A stretch of DNA of 64,000 nt from Octopus vulgaris (GCA_951406725.2 OX597817.1:90954001-91018000); one strand, 5' to 3'. Shown: positions 12,901 through 26,960, counted from the stretch's first letter. The notes: a model not told the origin generated them from the sequence alone. Made by a program: numbers and translations.

Positions 12901-13662
12901 AAGATTAAATTCCCTTGTTATACTTTTGTATCACAAATACCAGACAGACAAATAAATTCGGTTACAGTTGCAACGGAATTGGCTTCCCGAAATGAAAATT
13001 CAACAAAAAAGAATTTCAGCTGATACTGACTGGTGAGATGGTAAATTGAGTTGAATAATGAAATTTTATAATTACAATCGTTTTTCATTTTTTATAATCA
13101 CAACTATTTTTCACGTCATATAATTGATATTTTACTACAAATATCTTACAAATTTCCATCAACGTCTTCCAAAACATCTCTGTCAGAAATTAATACAGGT
13201 TATATATTTAGAAGGTTAATAAATATTCTTTCTACTGTAGACACAAGGCCTGAAATTTTGAAGGTAGTGGTTTGTCGGGTACATCGATCCACTAGCGTAG
13301 CTAGAGTGTGTACCACCCAGGGCTACTCTTCCGTTTGCCGCCCCCTGTCTCCACAAAAAATACATTTTGCCTTCAGCGGACCCCAAAGTGGTGCCCCTTT
13401 GAAAGGGCCGTCCGATGCGCTAGCGATTCTACCAGCTCCTCGCCTTGGTCACTTTCATAAATGTAATAACAAAATCTAGTTGTATATCATTTTCTCTTGT
13501 TGTTATCATAAAACAATAGTAATTCTACGACACGTGTTTTGAATATTCAACTTCAATATAGAAGTAGAACATGGAAAATTCTAGGTATTCCTTTGCAATA
13601 GTTTGCATAAATGTGTTTATGAAAAAGTACACTGATAAGAAAGTTACATATTTCATTGGATC

Positions 13663-14202
13663 TGTAGTGATCCTATACAACGGTGCGCGCGCGCGCACCG
13701 TCCTTTTCTGTTTCGCGCGTGCGGAGTTGGTGCTTTCACCAAGGCAGAGGGGAAGGGCCCTCTCGCGCATGCGCGAAGACCGGAAGAAGGGATTTGATGA
13801 TGTGGCAGTTAGCCGATAGGCAAGGGAGCGTAAAACGTTGACCAACTGGGCGTCCAGAGAGAGATATAGCAGCAGTAAGCAGTGACTTGAGGCATAGCGA
13901 TCGAAGGTTGCAGACGCGTATTCCCTTCGCTCCCTAAGGACGCCATTTTGACCAGCTCTGTTTTAGCGGCTGAACATTGTAAGAAATCTTACAGCGTTAA
14001 AGTTCAGCCTTGCACATCAAGAACCAAGGGATACCAGATACACCACTTATTTCGTTCTGTGGATAGGAGAATAAAGTATATATATTTTTTACGTTTGCGT
14101 CTTGTGTTTTCTGACTGGTAGAATCTGGAAAGTAAAGCAACGGAAATCCTGTATGCACCAGTTGCACCCTGAAAGTGCAAGAAGCTACTCGTTACCGTTA
14201 CA
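13663..14202 (+). mobile_element. 540-bp solo LTR (Gypsy-like)
   Basis: TGTA...TACA termini; 4-bp TSD GATC (13659-13662, 14203-14206); CpG-rich; AATAAA at 14070. Confidence 0.8.
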
Positions 14203-14694
14203 GATCTTTACTTTTTGACTGACAAATTTAAAAAATAATTTTTTGTAACTAAACACTTTCAAACTTCGGACACTTGTAGAATGTGTCACATAAAACATCT
14301 TTTACTCTTGGCATTGTTGAGAAAATTCTGTATTTTGCAAGTTATTTCTTGTTAAAGTTGAGGCATTTCGGTAATTTCAACCAATCAATTCAGCTGAATA
14401 AAATTACTGCCGACAACAACTATCGGCAGTGTATATTTCGAACGATGTCATAAATAACAGTGACAAACGAAATATACACTGCCGATAGTTGTTGACAAAC
14501 AACGGCAGTAATTTTATTCAGCTGAATACACGTCAGGGATTGGTTGAAATTACCGAAATACCTCAACTTTAACAAGAAATAACTTGCAAAATACAGAATT
14601 TTCTCAACAACGCCAAGAGTAAAAGATGTTTTATGTGACACATTCTACTAGTATACAAAGTTTGAAAGTGTGTAGCGGTCAAAAGGTAAAGATC
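14203..14694. mobile_element. Palindromic MITE, copy 2
   Basis: Ends GATCTTTAC...GTAAAGATC; long inverted arms; same family as 8586-9062. Confidence 0.85.
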
Positions 14695-16239
14695 CATTTT
14701 ATGTTGTAGTAATGCTATGGACATTATGCATAGATATTTTCATGTGTTCGTGTCTATGGAATCGACCAAAGTTAAATGGTCTTCATATGAAGAAAGACAG
14801 CTAAATGTACACATATTTTCTGGCGGAAGCTCTTCTACAACGGCACAGACTCAAGTTTGTGCAGTTGTAGAAGTTGACTGCTATCACGGGAAAGTGAAAT
14901 GCAAGTAAAGAAATATTCGGTACCTGTACATGGTTGCTGCCAAACTAAAAAGTCAGAGGAGGATGTTTGCATGTGTCGAGCGAATGGCGCCATGTGAGAA
15001 AGGGGAAGAGAATTATTTTTTCTGTCCCTTTACAGAGAAGTTAGTTTCACCGATTACTAATCTCTGACCGGTCAAAAGCAATACACATGACAAGGAAGAA
15101 TTAAAGTGTCTGAAGTATAAAAAAAAATGTTCGCTACAACGTTTATATCGCAAAGAAATCGTATGTTTTAACATTAATTTACATTTAAACATGAAACTTT
15201 AAAAGCATGAAGTTCACAAACGGCTTGACCACCTTTACAAAGCATGTTAACATTAGTGAACCCGCATCCCATTACCTAGCAACAGCTCCATGGTTCCTCA
15301 ATATTACCTCGTAAGAATTAATCACAGGCTGACTGGTTGGTCGGATAGGAATATTTTTTGTTGCTGATGTTCATTGCGTTGTATTTTTATAGCTTGTGTT
15401 GCATCTTGTATTATTTTTTGTGTTGCCTGCTGCGCTGTGTTATCTGTTTGTAATATTGTGCTTACTCATTTATCGCCATCTTTTCATTTTCGACAACAAC
15501 AATAACAACAAGACAAACCCAGTGAAATCTGCCGTTGATTTATTTGTCTGGTTGACGGAGAATTTTTGAAAGCTACTATTGCTGCCATTACATTTGAACT
15601 CTGTTTCAGCTGGCTTCCGGACTTCGATGAATCAGTCGGGATGGATGCCTGTTTGTCTGTATGTGTTACTTTGTCCATTGTCTTCATTTCCATTCCAATA
15701 TATACTGACTAACACTCCCTTTGAAATGGAGGTTTTGATAAAAAAAAAAGAACAATGCAAGAAGGAAAGAAAAAGAACAATAAATTATGCTTTTGTTAAA
15801 TACATTGTTTGGCTTCCAAATTCGTTCGAATTTTGCTTGTCACAATGCTTCAAATATCACCTCAAAATTATTTGAAACGCACACACACACATACACAGAG
15901 ATGTTTTGATTTGATAAAATCGACATTTACAGAGTGATCATGCTGTTTCGTTACACTCTTCAGAATGTCGAGTTAGAATAAAGCAAAGAGGAAATGTGAA
16001 TAAAGTCGATTAAAATGGTAACTGACTCTAAGTCAAAACATTTTAAAAAGGCACAAACGAACACACGATCAAAAAAGAAAATACAATGCAGTGATAGCGT
16101 TGTTGAACTTACAATCATCAACCAAAGTGAAGGTGAAGAGATGAATTAATTATGTGAAAGACTTTGTGAATGGGTCAACAGATGCAGGCCATTGTAAGCG
16201 GTGTAGAAATATGTTCGGTTCAAAACATTTGTATTCTAC

Positions 16240-17300
16240 GAATGCAGTTCTGAATATTTTCTAATTGGCAATTGAGTTAAGAGATTTTACGAAAATGGTA
16301 GTCCTCTATAGTGTAAAGATTATAGAAATTATTATTACCTCTAGTAATACGTTTTTCTCTAGAAAGAATGCTCCAATTATAATGATATGACACTATTTTT
16401 TTACGACTAAATGTAGTATGCCAAAGAGATTTATCTGCTTTTGTTTCTAAAGTGTTTTTAAAGGAATTCCTATACAAATAGAATATTGATATAAATAGAC
16501 TTGAGGTCATACTAGCGTAAGCTTCAGAGTAACTAAACATTTGAACATGAATATCTTTTACACACAGAATTAGATTCTAGAGAGCAGTTGCTGGGATCAG
16601 AGCTGTTGTTCGGGTTGGTGTGTTAATAGATTTGTTACGTTTACAAATTTTACAAGCATTACATACAATATGTGAATTTACAGTCAAAATTTAGGGTATT
16701 AGGAAATTTTGATAGTGTTTTTTCTTAAAGATCTAATGATGTTCACGATTTAAGAGGAAATAATTAAGGGAGATTTCGACCAATGGCATAACAACTGATA
16801 TTTTTATGCTTTTGTTTTTATTGGTGCATCCGGTAGATGTCGTCGTGTAATAAATCTTATCCTGAAAACTACATTTAACCAAGGCTTGGTTGTAATATTG
16901 AGGTGTATTGGAAAAATCTGTTCATAAGCCTATGTGAGAAATTTGGGATTAACTTATGAACAGTATATCCGCGTTTATTAGAGTATTTATGGACATAATT
17001 GTTTTATTAGGTTTGTAGCTCAAGTGATAACGAAAATTGAAGCGATCTAGGCTAGCAGCAAGATAGTTTGCTTTTTGCAGTAAATTTCATCGGTTATTCT
17101 GAAACGAAAGTCCTTAAAGAAGCTGTGGAGGTTTTCCTGAATTTATCAGATGCGATTAATTAGGACCAAAAGCCCTTCACCAAAGCAAAAACTTCTTGCG
17201 ATATTAGGAAATGTTTTCTGTTTCAATTCTGAGCAAACATCCTAATATTAAGGGAATCATTGAATTTCTTAGTCTAGAATATCATTACATTATATAATCA
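16240..17300 (-). mobile_element. Decayed Penelope-like element (RT thumb plus GIY-YIG region, Naiad-like)
   Basis: Minus-strand peptides YYNQALVKCSFQDKIYY, IFKKNTIKIS and YASMT..RNSFK..YNWSILS..YNLYTIE resemble PLE C-termini. Confidence 0.55.
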
Positions 17301-17893
17301 TTACATTTGATGAGCACACAGAATGATTTCAATTTTACTTTTGTGGTATTGGTGTTATACTGAAATACATTTTATCATTCAGTATAGGTCGGATGATCGA
17401 AGCGTAATAATCACAAATGTCGGACTGAAAGAAGTTACTTCAGTTTTTATCAAGGATAACCTAACAATAGTTAACCATTTCGAATGTGTAATTTCATAGG
17501 TGAAACATTTTTTATTATTGCTTGTATTGCTCTTACCTACAGAGTATTTTATTGTTGTGTCAAAAAATAGATATACATCAGTAGTAATCATATGTGAATA
17601 ATTCCAAATCATTATATGTAAAGACGACATACTGGCAGTGTCGTTAGAAAATCAGATGAAATTTCTTACAGTATTAAACCAGATTCTTGCACTCTTAGCT
17701 CAAATCCCACTCCACTTAACTTTGCTATTCATACTCCTGGTCGGGGACAGTAGACTACGTGAATTCTTACAGCATCGAATTGGATGCTTTGTGTTAGTTG
17801 CCCAGAGTCTTTGCGTTCGAAGTCCAAATCTCACTAGGAATTATTTGTCGATGATGCATTTACAAATCTATTCGACATCAATCTTAGGAGTTA

Positions 17894-18075
17894 AGGCAAC
17901 GAGCTGGCAAAGTATTTTGCACGCCGAGCAAAATACTTAGTAGCATTTCGTCCAGCTTAACGTTCTGAGTTCAAATTCTACCGAGGTCGATTTTACCTTT
18001 CATCGATAAAGCACTGGTGTCTCCCCTCTCCCTCCAAACTTGCTGGCCTAGTGCCAAAATTCGAAACCAATATTT
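17894..18075 (+). mobile_element. tRNA-derived SINE with 13-bp TSD
   Basis: AGGCAACGAGCTGGCA head and B box. ATCTTAGGAGTTA occurs at 17881-17893 and 18076-18088. Confidence 0.85.
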
Positions 18076-18375
18076 ATCTTAGGAGTTATGACTGATTCAG
18101 TTGTTGCTTTGTGGCACATACACGTGTGTATGTGCGTGTGCATGTGTGTGTGTTCATGTATATATACTTAGGTATGTATATAATATGATTGGTATCCGCG
18201 CAATATCCCTCTGGGAAACCCGTTAAATATTAGCCAACCCGAATCTACGGCAGAATTAACTAAGCCAAGGCGACACGCATTGGAATTGAACCTGGAACCA
18301 TGTGGTTGTGAAGCGAATTGATTTACAGAGCCATGCCAGCGTCTGTATATGTATATGTGTGTGTGTGTGTGTGTG

Positions 18376-18414
<39 letters not shown>

Positions 18415-18551
18415 CGTGTCACCCTCTCATATAACCGTCCCGGATTGCATCTTTCACACTTGCTTTAAATCTATCTTTTTATTCACACTCACACACACAC
18501 TGGTACCTACATGTACTTTGCAATAATCTGTCTGTCTTTTTGCCTGCTCGC

Positions 18552-18637
<86 letters not shown>

Positions 18638-18973
18638 GTCTGTCTGTCTGCTTTCTTTCTTTTGCACCTCGTAAATCTCTGACTAGCTCTAAGTGCCCAC
18701 CACCACATCCTTCTCGGATTTATATCTGTATTTCTCTACTTGTTTGTCTGTCTGTCTGTCTGTTTCTCCCTCTCTCTCTCCCTCTCCCCCTCTCTCTCTT
18801 TCTCGATATATCTCTGTATATCTCTTCCCTCTGCTTCTGTCACACAGCTGTTGTCTCCACCATAGTCCGTCCTTCCCATGAAATTAATGCCAGTCTTCCT
18901 TCATGACTGGGATTGATCGATTCTTGCAATCCAAGCGTTAATCAATCATTCTTAACGACTCGAAGACTATGAG

Positions 18974-19022
<49 letters not shown>

Positions 19023-21173
19023 GGGGGTAGTGAGGTCGCGGTAGTGTTGGCACTCGTGTTGTTGGTGGAGGTGGAGCTGATTTTGGTGTTAGTGTTAATT
19101 TGTTGTTGTTGCAGTTGTTTTTTGTTGCTGTTGTTGTTGTTGGTGGTAGTGGTATTGGTGTTAACTATTATTGTTGGGGTAGTGATGGTGGTGATAGTGG
19201 TGTTGTTTTGGTAGAGATAATAATTGCGTCGCCGGTAATGGTGGTGCCGGTGGTGATTGGATAGAAGAGTGTTGGAGAATGTTGGTAAGTGTTGGCACTG
19301 GAGCAGAGATAGTTAAAAGTGGTGGTAAGAAGAAGTAGATGAATAGTGGCGAGTGTGAGCAGGTATTGGTGTTGATTGTGATACTGTAAGAGTGAAGATG
19401 CTACCAGCGAATATTGTCGTCGTTGTCGTTGTTGTTTTATGTAACCCTAGGTCAGCTCTGATCATGCAGACATTTAACATTTAAGTAGTTAGTCAAGCGA
19501 TTCTTTACACATCTGTAACCTTTTCAATCAGTTCAGTGCAAAGTTCCCTGCGTGAAAACGTTACAGATGTGTAATTAAAGACTTTGTAAAATCAATTAAC
19601 AGAATTATAATAGTGTGTCTTTTTTTTATCGGCAGAATGACTTTCCCAAAATAGAGTTATATATATATATGTGTGTGTGTACATATATGTATGTATGTGT
19701 GTATATATAGATATATATATATATACATACACGCACACATGTATATGTATGTATGTATGTATGTACGTACGTATGTGTACAGACACGTATGCACACGTCA
19801 CACACATGAATGAGTGTGGAAATCTATATTTATATCTATTTCTCTCTCGTTCTCTCTCCCTCTGTATATGTGTGTGCGTATGTATGTAGTATATATGTAT
19901 GCATGCATATACATACATACATACATACATGCACACATACATGCATGTATGCATACATACATACATACATACATACATACATACATACATACATACATAC
20001 ATACATACATACATACATACATACATACGTATATTAACCGGAAGAAAACTTTCAAAAGTTACTCAAAGGCCGAGAGTTTTTTCCATTGTACTCGGTCCTT
20101 TGAAATATATATTAATATACTTGTTTGCACCATATGTAACATTCAACTGGTTTTAAAAACACGAATAAATGTTTCCAACATATTTATGTACATCCTACTT
20201 TTACCAATGATTAAAAACTTGCTATTTTTCCAAAGGGATTGATTGATCATTTCCAAACTAGTACGTTCACAATCTGTTGAACTACTTGTACTTTTTTATT
20301 ACTCAAAATTATTGAGCCACTTGGCGACAAGAGGACCACATTTTCCGAGCTATGTAGAAAATAAAAAGAAAACAGTCATCATAATTAAGTTATTGTTGGT
20401 ATCTTTACACATCCATTTTTTTCTACAAACGGCTGTATGTCTGATTCAACAGCTACGAATGAAACGACAGTTGTCTGATTGAGCAGCACATCACATATTT
20501 ACAGGTGCATTCTAATGTGACTGGGAAGTTTTTAAAATTGGTATTTTCTACAGTATCATACTTTGGGTAAATCGACCGTTTGATGAAACAGCCTTGTTTT
20601 CGAAGTAATTACTGCCACTTACAAAAGCTATTGAATTTGATACTGCTTTTATAAGCCGTCAAAATTCTGTTTTGCAAAGCAATATAATAATAATAAAAGG
20701 CCAACGCAGTTTGTTTTTATGTGCGACAATAAATTCTTTTGTTAAATGTTCGCAGTTGTTGTTCAGTTACTTCTTCATGCAGCCAAGAAACATATTTTCA
20801 TTCATTAACTCAACCAGCTACCACAGCAGCATGGAGGAAGCACTATAATATACTCGGGAGAACTGATGACAGAGCCTGCCAACAACATTCCGACAATTGG
20901 TAACAACCGGTGTTCATCTCCTCCACATTTGATGATGTTCGACTCAGAAATAGCCAGCAAAAGTCGTTAAAACAAACCATACTCATTAAATACATGAATA
21001 TAAACTCACCACGACTACCGCAACGACGGGAAGAAGAGATCCAAGGGTTCAGACGCCGTCGCACATACAATTTTTACCCTCGCAGCCCCTGCCTCTGCAA
21101 GTTATGATGTTGAGAATACTGTTATATTAGGTTCATATTTTATCGTGCTCGAAATATCAGTCATGTATACCCT

Positions 21174-24071
21174 TGTAGTGTATCTGATATCCTCACTGTT
21201 TGAGAAACACAACAGGAATAATCTCGTTTGAGATTACAACCATCTTTGGCTGGTTTGTTCCTGTTGTGTTCACTGATTTGATTGGTTGGCATGTGGCGCA
21301 GTTTGTCTCTCTACTTATTTTGCGCCACTGTGTAAAGCCAACCAATCACGGCTTTTGGATAAGGTCTCGTGACACTGTTTTTCCTATGCTCTGTTTGAGC
21401 CATTTTTTTCTCTATAAAAAGGCGCTTGCTTTCACTATACTTTGTCTTTGACTCCAGAGCCGGGCAGGACGTGGAGAGCTGTGAAGGGTCAATCTCGCCC
21501 GAGGAGATAGCTGAATCCATGGCTGACTGCGGCGGAGGTAAGGCGCCGGGGATTGATGGTTTGCCCTACGAACTATACAAAAGTATGCCAGACTTGTTCG
21601 GGTACATACTGGCCGGCGTTTTCGCGAACTGGCGGCAGAATGGGTTCATTCCCAGATCTGTGCGCCGGGTAGTGGTGACGCTGATCAGAAAGGACTCGAG
21701 CAAGGGGAATAGAATAGACAACTTCAGGCCCATCACCCTGCTGAATGCAGAGGTGAAGATTTTGGCCAAGGTGTTAGCGAAAAGGTTGACGCGTGTCGCG
21801 GATGGCCTAATCGGGGAAGCACAAACTTGTGCGGTCCCCGGAAGGACCATTCAGGATAATCTTCACCTTATACGCTACACCATGGAAGGGTTCGGGAACA
21901 ATTCTGGCAAAGGTGGGGCACTGGTCCATTTAGACCAGAGTAAAGCCTTCGATAGGGTGAACCATCGGTACCTGGTGTCTGTGCTTGCATAGTTCGGTCT
22001 GGGCATTGGTTTTCTCAGGTGGATTATACAGTTGTACGACAACATCGACTCGATCGTTCGGGTGAATGGCTTCCTTTCGAAGCCTTTCCGCATCAAACGG
22101 TCAGTCCGTCAAGGGTGTCCGCTCTCCCCGCTTTTATATGTGATGGCTCTCGAGCCATTACTGCGAAAGCTGAGCGCCATCCCGACGAATCCAAGAGGTG
22201 GAGGATCTGTGACAGCGTATGCGGACGACATCACCATCATCGTGACCAAGGTGGAACTCCTACAGAATGTGGGAGATACCATCAAGGCTTACGAGACGGT
22301 GACAGGAGCAAAAATTAATCGGGAAAAGTCAGTCGGCTTGCAACTCGGCACCTGGAGGGGCAAGTCGATGCCTTCGAATAGCATCGTGGGATGCTGGACA
22401 GAGGGCCCGGTTAAATTGCTAGGGATCTGGTTTGGTCCAGATCTCCAGATAGAAAAGAACTGGTTAGAGGTGACGAGCAAGGTGGCTCACGCGGTCAAGA
22501 CTTGGTCTTGGCGGTGGCTATCCTTGAAAGGGAGGGCGGAGGTGGCCAATGTGTTTATAGCATCGGTCATCACTTACCGCCTAACCGTCGTTCCTTGTCC
22601 GGATTCGTGGTTAAGCAAGTTGGAGAGGCAAATCGTTCACTTTTTGTGGAAGGGTAACCCTCCCCTTGTGAGACGTTCTATTTGCTGTCAGAAGCCGTTA
22701 AAGGGTGGGTTAGAGATGCCTTGGCTGTTGATGCGCTGAGGTTGAGGCATCTTCGGCTCTACCTGGATGGTGAATGGGTGTCGTCCCCGCTCGCGAGGCA
22801 GATGTTCCCCAGATTTGCCAGTTTTGGTGGTAGAGAAACCTGGTATCGTCGCAGATTTAGGTCGAGCATGTGGTATTCAGAGTGCCGTAAGGCCCTCTTC
22901 CACTTCCGCAAGTCGGGCAATGCCGGTGGCTTTGGTACCACCGCAGCCTTTTATAGTAGGTTGGTAGAGGCCGGAAATAACGATGCCCTGGGAAGGACCT
23001 TGGGTCTCAATAATAATAAGTTAGACAGCCTGTTCCAAAGGACATTCGGTCCGAGGACGCTGGATAACTTTCAGAAGTCTTTGGCCTGGCAAATGTTCGG
23101 GATAAGCTCACAAGACATGATCACGTTGGACCATCGAACTGTCGAAGATGCGAGCGGGATGTGGAAACAGTCCTGCACGCTATTGTTCAGTGCTCGGAAA
23201 TTTCGGACGTGTGGGTTTATGCAGAACACCTGTTGTCGGACGGAAGAAGAGTATAGCTATCGGCTGAGACAATTCTAAAAATTGACTCGCCTAGTTTCTT
23301 GACAAACGAAGGTAAGCATTCCTTTCTCGTCATAGTAGCAGACACCATGATTTCTGGCCTCGCCTTGGTGAACTTCTTTAAGTTCCACCTAAAAACAAAG
23401 GTTGAGTTAGAGAAAAGGTGTCTGTCAGTATGCAAGTTTCAAAAAAGATGGAAGCGTGTTGCACGGTTGCTGGGAGTGAAAGTCACTGCATGAAAACGCC
23501 GTAAGTCAGCTACCAAGGTTTCAGTGGGGAAAAACAGGGCTCGTGGGGTCGGCAATCCTGTTTTTTTCTGCTTCATGCGTCCTTTTTGTGTTGTTTTGTC
23601 AAATGTGTAACATTCGATTTTCGATTTCATTGAAATTTTATTGTATTTTTACCATCATTTAATGTTTTACATCATTGTTTTAACATGACCCCAATCATGT
23701 TGTACTGTCCCCCCTCTATGTTGGCCCCTTGTGGGTAATAAAGAAATAGTCTTTGACTCCAGACCGTCTAAGGTCTAGTCACTGACCATCATCGTACTCA
23801 GCCATGTTTCAGTTCGTGCGACAGACAACCAGTCCGACTGTAGGTAATACGACCGTACGTAGGGAGGTTGGTGACAAAGGTCTCCTTTTGTACGCCGCAC
23901 GGTCGCATCCCTTACAAAATATATATAAGAGAGAAGCCATAATACATGGGTATATAAAACAGTGCCAACAGAATATAAATGAAAGACGACAAGCCGTTCC
24001 ACTGTTTGAGAGAAGAGAAGACTTTATTTACAAGGTGTTAAAGTGAAAGTGTTGGTGCTAGCAACACTACA
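21174..24071. mobile_element. Solo LTR (about 593 bp once the insert is removed) interrupted by a Tx1-like LINE
   Basis: TGTAGTG...CACTACA termini; 4-bp TSD CCCT (21170-21173, 24072-24075); CCAAT and TATAAAA (about 21413) on the plus strand. Confidence 0.7.
21459..23748 (+). mobile_element. 5'-truncated L1-clade (Tx1-like) LINE, relatively young but disrupted
   Basis: KAPGIDGLPYE, NFRPITLLN, LDQSKAFDRV, SVRQGCPLSPLLY, YADD, LSLKGRA. Stop at 21990, frameshift near 22739. Perfect 15-bp TSD GTCTTTGACTCCAGA (21444-21458, 23749-23763). Confidence 0.93.
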
Positions 24072-24199
24072 CCCTTCAACACAGACGAAAGTCTCTTCAA
24101 TCGAAAGTGATTCCAGAGCGGAAGTTAATTCAGAACCTTCTTGAGTTCGCTTAACAGCCGGTATTTTATCTTTTCATATCCTTTCCTTAGCGTGGTTCC

Positions 24200-26520
24200 A
24201 AATAATTTCCGTTCAAAAAGAATGTTGAATTCACCTGCTTCGTCTTTTTCTTCTGTAAATAGTGATAGTTCAGCTATTCAAGCTGCTTTGTTCTTCACTT
24301 CACCTCCATATACTGAAGGTCCTTCTCTTTAGTTTTTTCGACTTGAAGTCAATTTCGCAGCAAATATAATTTCTTCGGACACGCGTCAATTTCACCTTTT
24401 AGCCAGTGTTTTGCTTCCAGCCTTAAGCAGTGAAGTCAAAGATTGATTACCAACCATTCCGACTCTACATCCTATCAAAGTATGAAAACAGAAATGTCTT
24501 CACCCACTCCTTCACAAAGAAGTTTTAGGGGATAAGAAGCCTTTTCAACTGCTGAGAAGAATGAGAGAATTAGTGGAGGGTAACACATTTGAAGAGTCAA
24601 TGTTGCGATACTTTTTTCTTGTGCTCCCTTCAAACGAGCAAGCCATTTTAACGCCTAACAAAGAGCAGAGCTCGACCACCCAATTGGCCGACTTGGCAGA
24701 TTTTATTATGAATATTTCCTCTTCAAATACTGGTAATGTAGAAGCTTAACCCCTCTACCTTCGTCTCTTCTATTTCTTCTGAGTTGGCAATATTTTGTTA
24801 AGACAACAGGAAATAAAATTCAGGTTTTAACAGATAAGCTCGCCCAGCAGCAATTCCCTCGATATTCAATATATCAACGACTTGTTGATTGCTAGTCCAA
24901 CAGAGGAGCAACATGAACAATACTTAGAACAACTTTTTATTTGATTGTCACAGTTCAGTGTTGTAATTAACCCCTGTAAATGTCTTTTTGGCGTTTCTTA
25001 TATAACGTTTTTGGGAACATATAACTAATAAAGACGGAATTCGTCCGTTAACGGAAGAAATAGAAGCCATTACAAATATCTGCATTGCGTGGTCTCATTA
25101 ACCTCAACAGAAGATTTATGCAGCACTGTACAGAGACCATTATTTCTACTAACAAAGTTGTTACGCAATCTTAAACTATTTCTCTAAATCCAGCAAGATT
25201 ATATATAAAAAAAAAGTTTATAGAAGTTATACTATAAGCCCATCCGTACCAGACGCTCCTTCATCAGTGATAGCAGATGCATCTGATGTTGGAATCGGTG
25301 GGGTACTGCCATAGTTTGCTCAAGATGCTTGGCAAACTTCTTTCCTTTTTTTACAAGCGTTTCAAATCAGCAGAAACGAGGTATAATACTTTCCGTAGAG
25401 AATTATTAGTCACTTATTTATTGTGAAGCATTTTCGACATTTCTTAACAGGAGAAACCTTCACCAGTTATTCTGATCATAAAGCTTTGACATATGCATTG
25501 ACCTGTATAGACCATTTTTTTTAGAAGGTCTGAAACCATAACGAGACCTTTCATTCTTTGTGGTTACAAATCCCTAATGGTCGAATGGCTCTCAGGTTTT
25601 GGCCCTTCTATGACAATAACAACCGAAAGAAGTCGTCAATTCAAATCAAATCTTTTCGCCAACCTATCTGACTTGCTAAGTACACATCAAATTCGCAATA
25701 CCGCTGACCAACCCAAGAATAACAGAATGATAGACAGTGGTATAGCTAATAGGGGAGCAAGGGGAGAGACTGCTCTCTCAAGCACATTTTTCAAAATTGG
25801 CGCCTTTTCAACAATTTTAAAAAACTTTTTATGTCACTTGTGCAATAAAAGTCAAATCTATTTTTGTCAACCGCATGGCCGTGGAGTCATTATTTTATTT
25901 GACCAATTTCCTGTGTTTTTTTTTTTAACTATCTGCTCAATCTCCTGTGTTGGTGTCTGCTGACATCTGAAAACCCAAAACAAATCCTAACGTTATAACC
26001 TCTTGACACTGGACGATCTCGAGTAGTTTCATCTTTTTCACGTCACTATCAGTAGTTAAAAAATGAAATTAATGAATGTAGAATAAAATTACGTATATTC
26101 CAACTAATGAAATATTTCGCATAATATAAAAGAAATGAGTTAAAAACTGGTATGTGTCACGGTGACTCTTTTTTTTAGGTGCTCATTCCTCCTAACTTTA
26201 GAACCTGGCTTCACCTCTGATGATAGAACGTTTTCATCAACAGCTTTACGAGTACATTCCGATTTGGCTAGATGGTTAGAAGCCCTGCCAACTGCATTAC
26301 TAGGTTTACATACCATTGTTAAGGAAGGTCTAGGTTACTTCCCGGCAGAATTGCTATATAGTCTGGCACTTAAACTGCCTGGTCAAATGACATTGGCTAT
26401 GAAATTACATGGCGGAGTTACCTTCATTTATAAACGAGACTGCAGTCGATTAACACTTTTGTTCCACTCGATATCAAAACCTGGACTCACGTATTTGTAA
26501 GCAATGATGCAGTTAAGTAT
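24200..26520 (+). mobile_element. Decayed Gypsy LTR-retrotransposon internal region (gag, RT, RNase H, integrase)
   Basis: LGDKKPFQLLRRMREL (gag), YINDLLIAS..INPCKC (RT), ADASDVGIGGVL (RNase H), TERSRQF..MIERFH..WLEALPTALLGL (integrase), in Gypsy order. Confidence 0.85.
25735..26219. mobile_element. hAT MITE inserted in the Gypsy integrase
   Basis: TIRs CAGTGGTATAGC / GCTTCACCTCTG; 8-bp TSD ATGATAGA. Removing it restores RMIERFHQQL. Confidence 0.85.
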
Positions 26521-26960
26521 ATCTTTCAAAATCCAGCAGTTGATTTCGAATTCTTCTTGATAGCTGACAGGAGACCCTTTGTGTTATTGGTAACATTCAC
26601 CCAGTACAACCTGTTGCTTTGTCAGGCCGTCGACCATTAAAATAGCAACCTACTCAAACTTGCTTAATAAAGAAGTGGGTTGCCGTTGGACACCCAGCAG
26701 GATGAAAAGCAAAATAAAGTGTCAAGAGGTGGATGAACTCAGCAGAGTCGATGGCCATCCAACAGCTGAAAGCGAGAGCCCGCTAGCTTTTTTCTTTATA
26801 TTTCTTATAAGATATCTCTATAGGAGAATGAAAACTCTTTGTTTGCATCCAATAATATAAACTAGTTCTGTTTTGACTAATACATATGTTGCTTAGAGAG
26901 TGGGGTTGACTCTGCAAGGTCTTTCCTTATGTATGCATGAATGTGTGTGTATGTGTGATA

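Noticed and set aside
18969-19214. Hydrophobic Val/Leu ORF resembling a membrane protein
   Set aside because: Derived from (GTT)n/(GGT)n repeats.
20863-20900. CTGATGA hammerhead-like seed
   Set aside because: No helix II or properly placed GAAA follows.
21010-21094. Possible minus-strand exon (TTGCAG acceptor, GTGAGT donor)
   Set aside because: All three frames contain stops. It could only be non-coding and has no other support.
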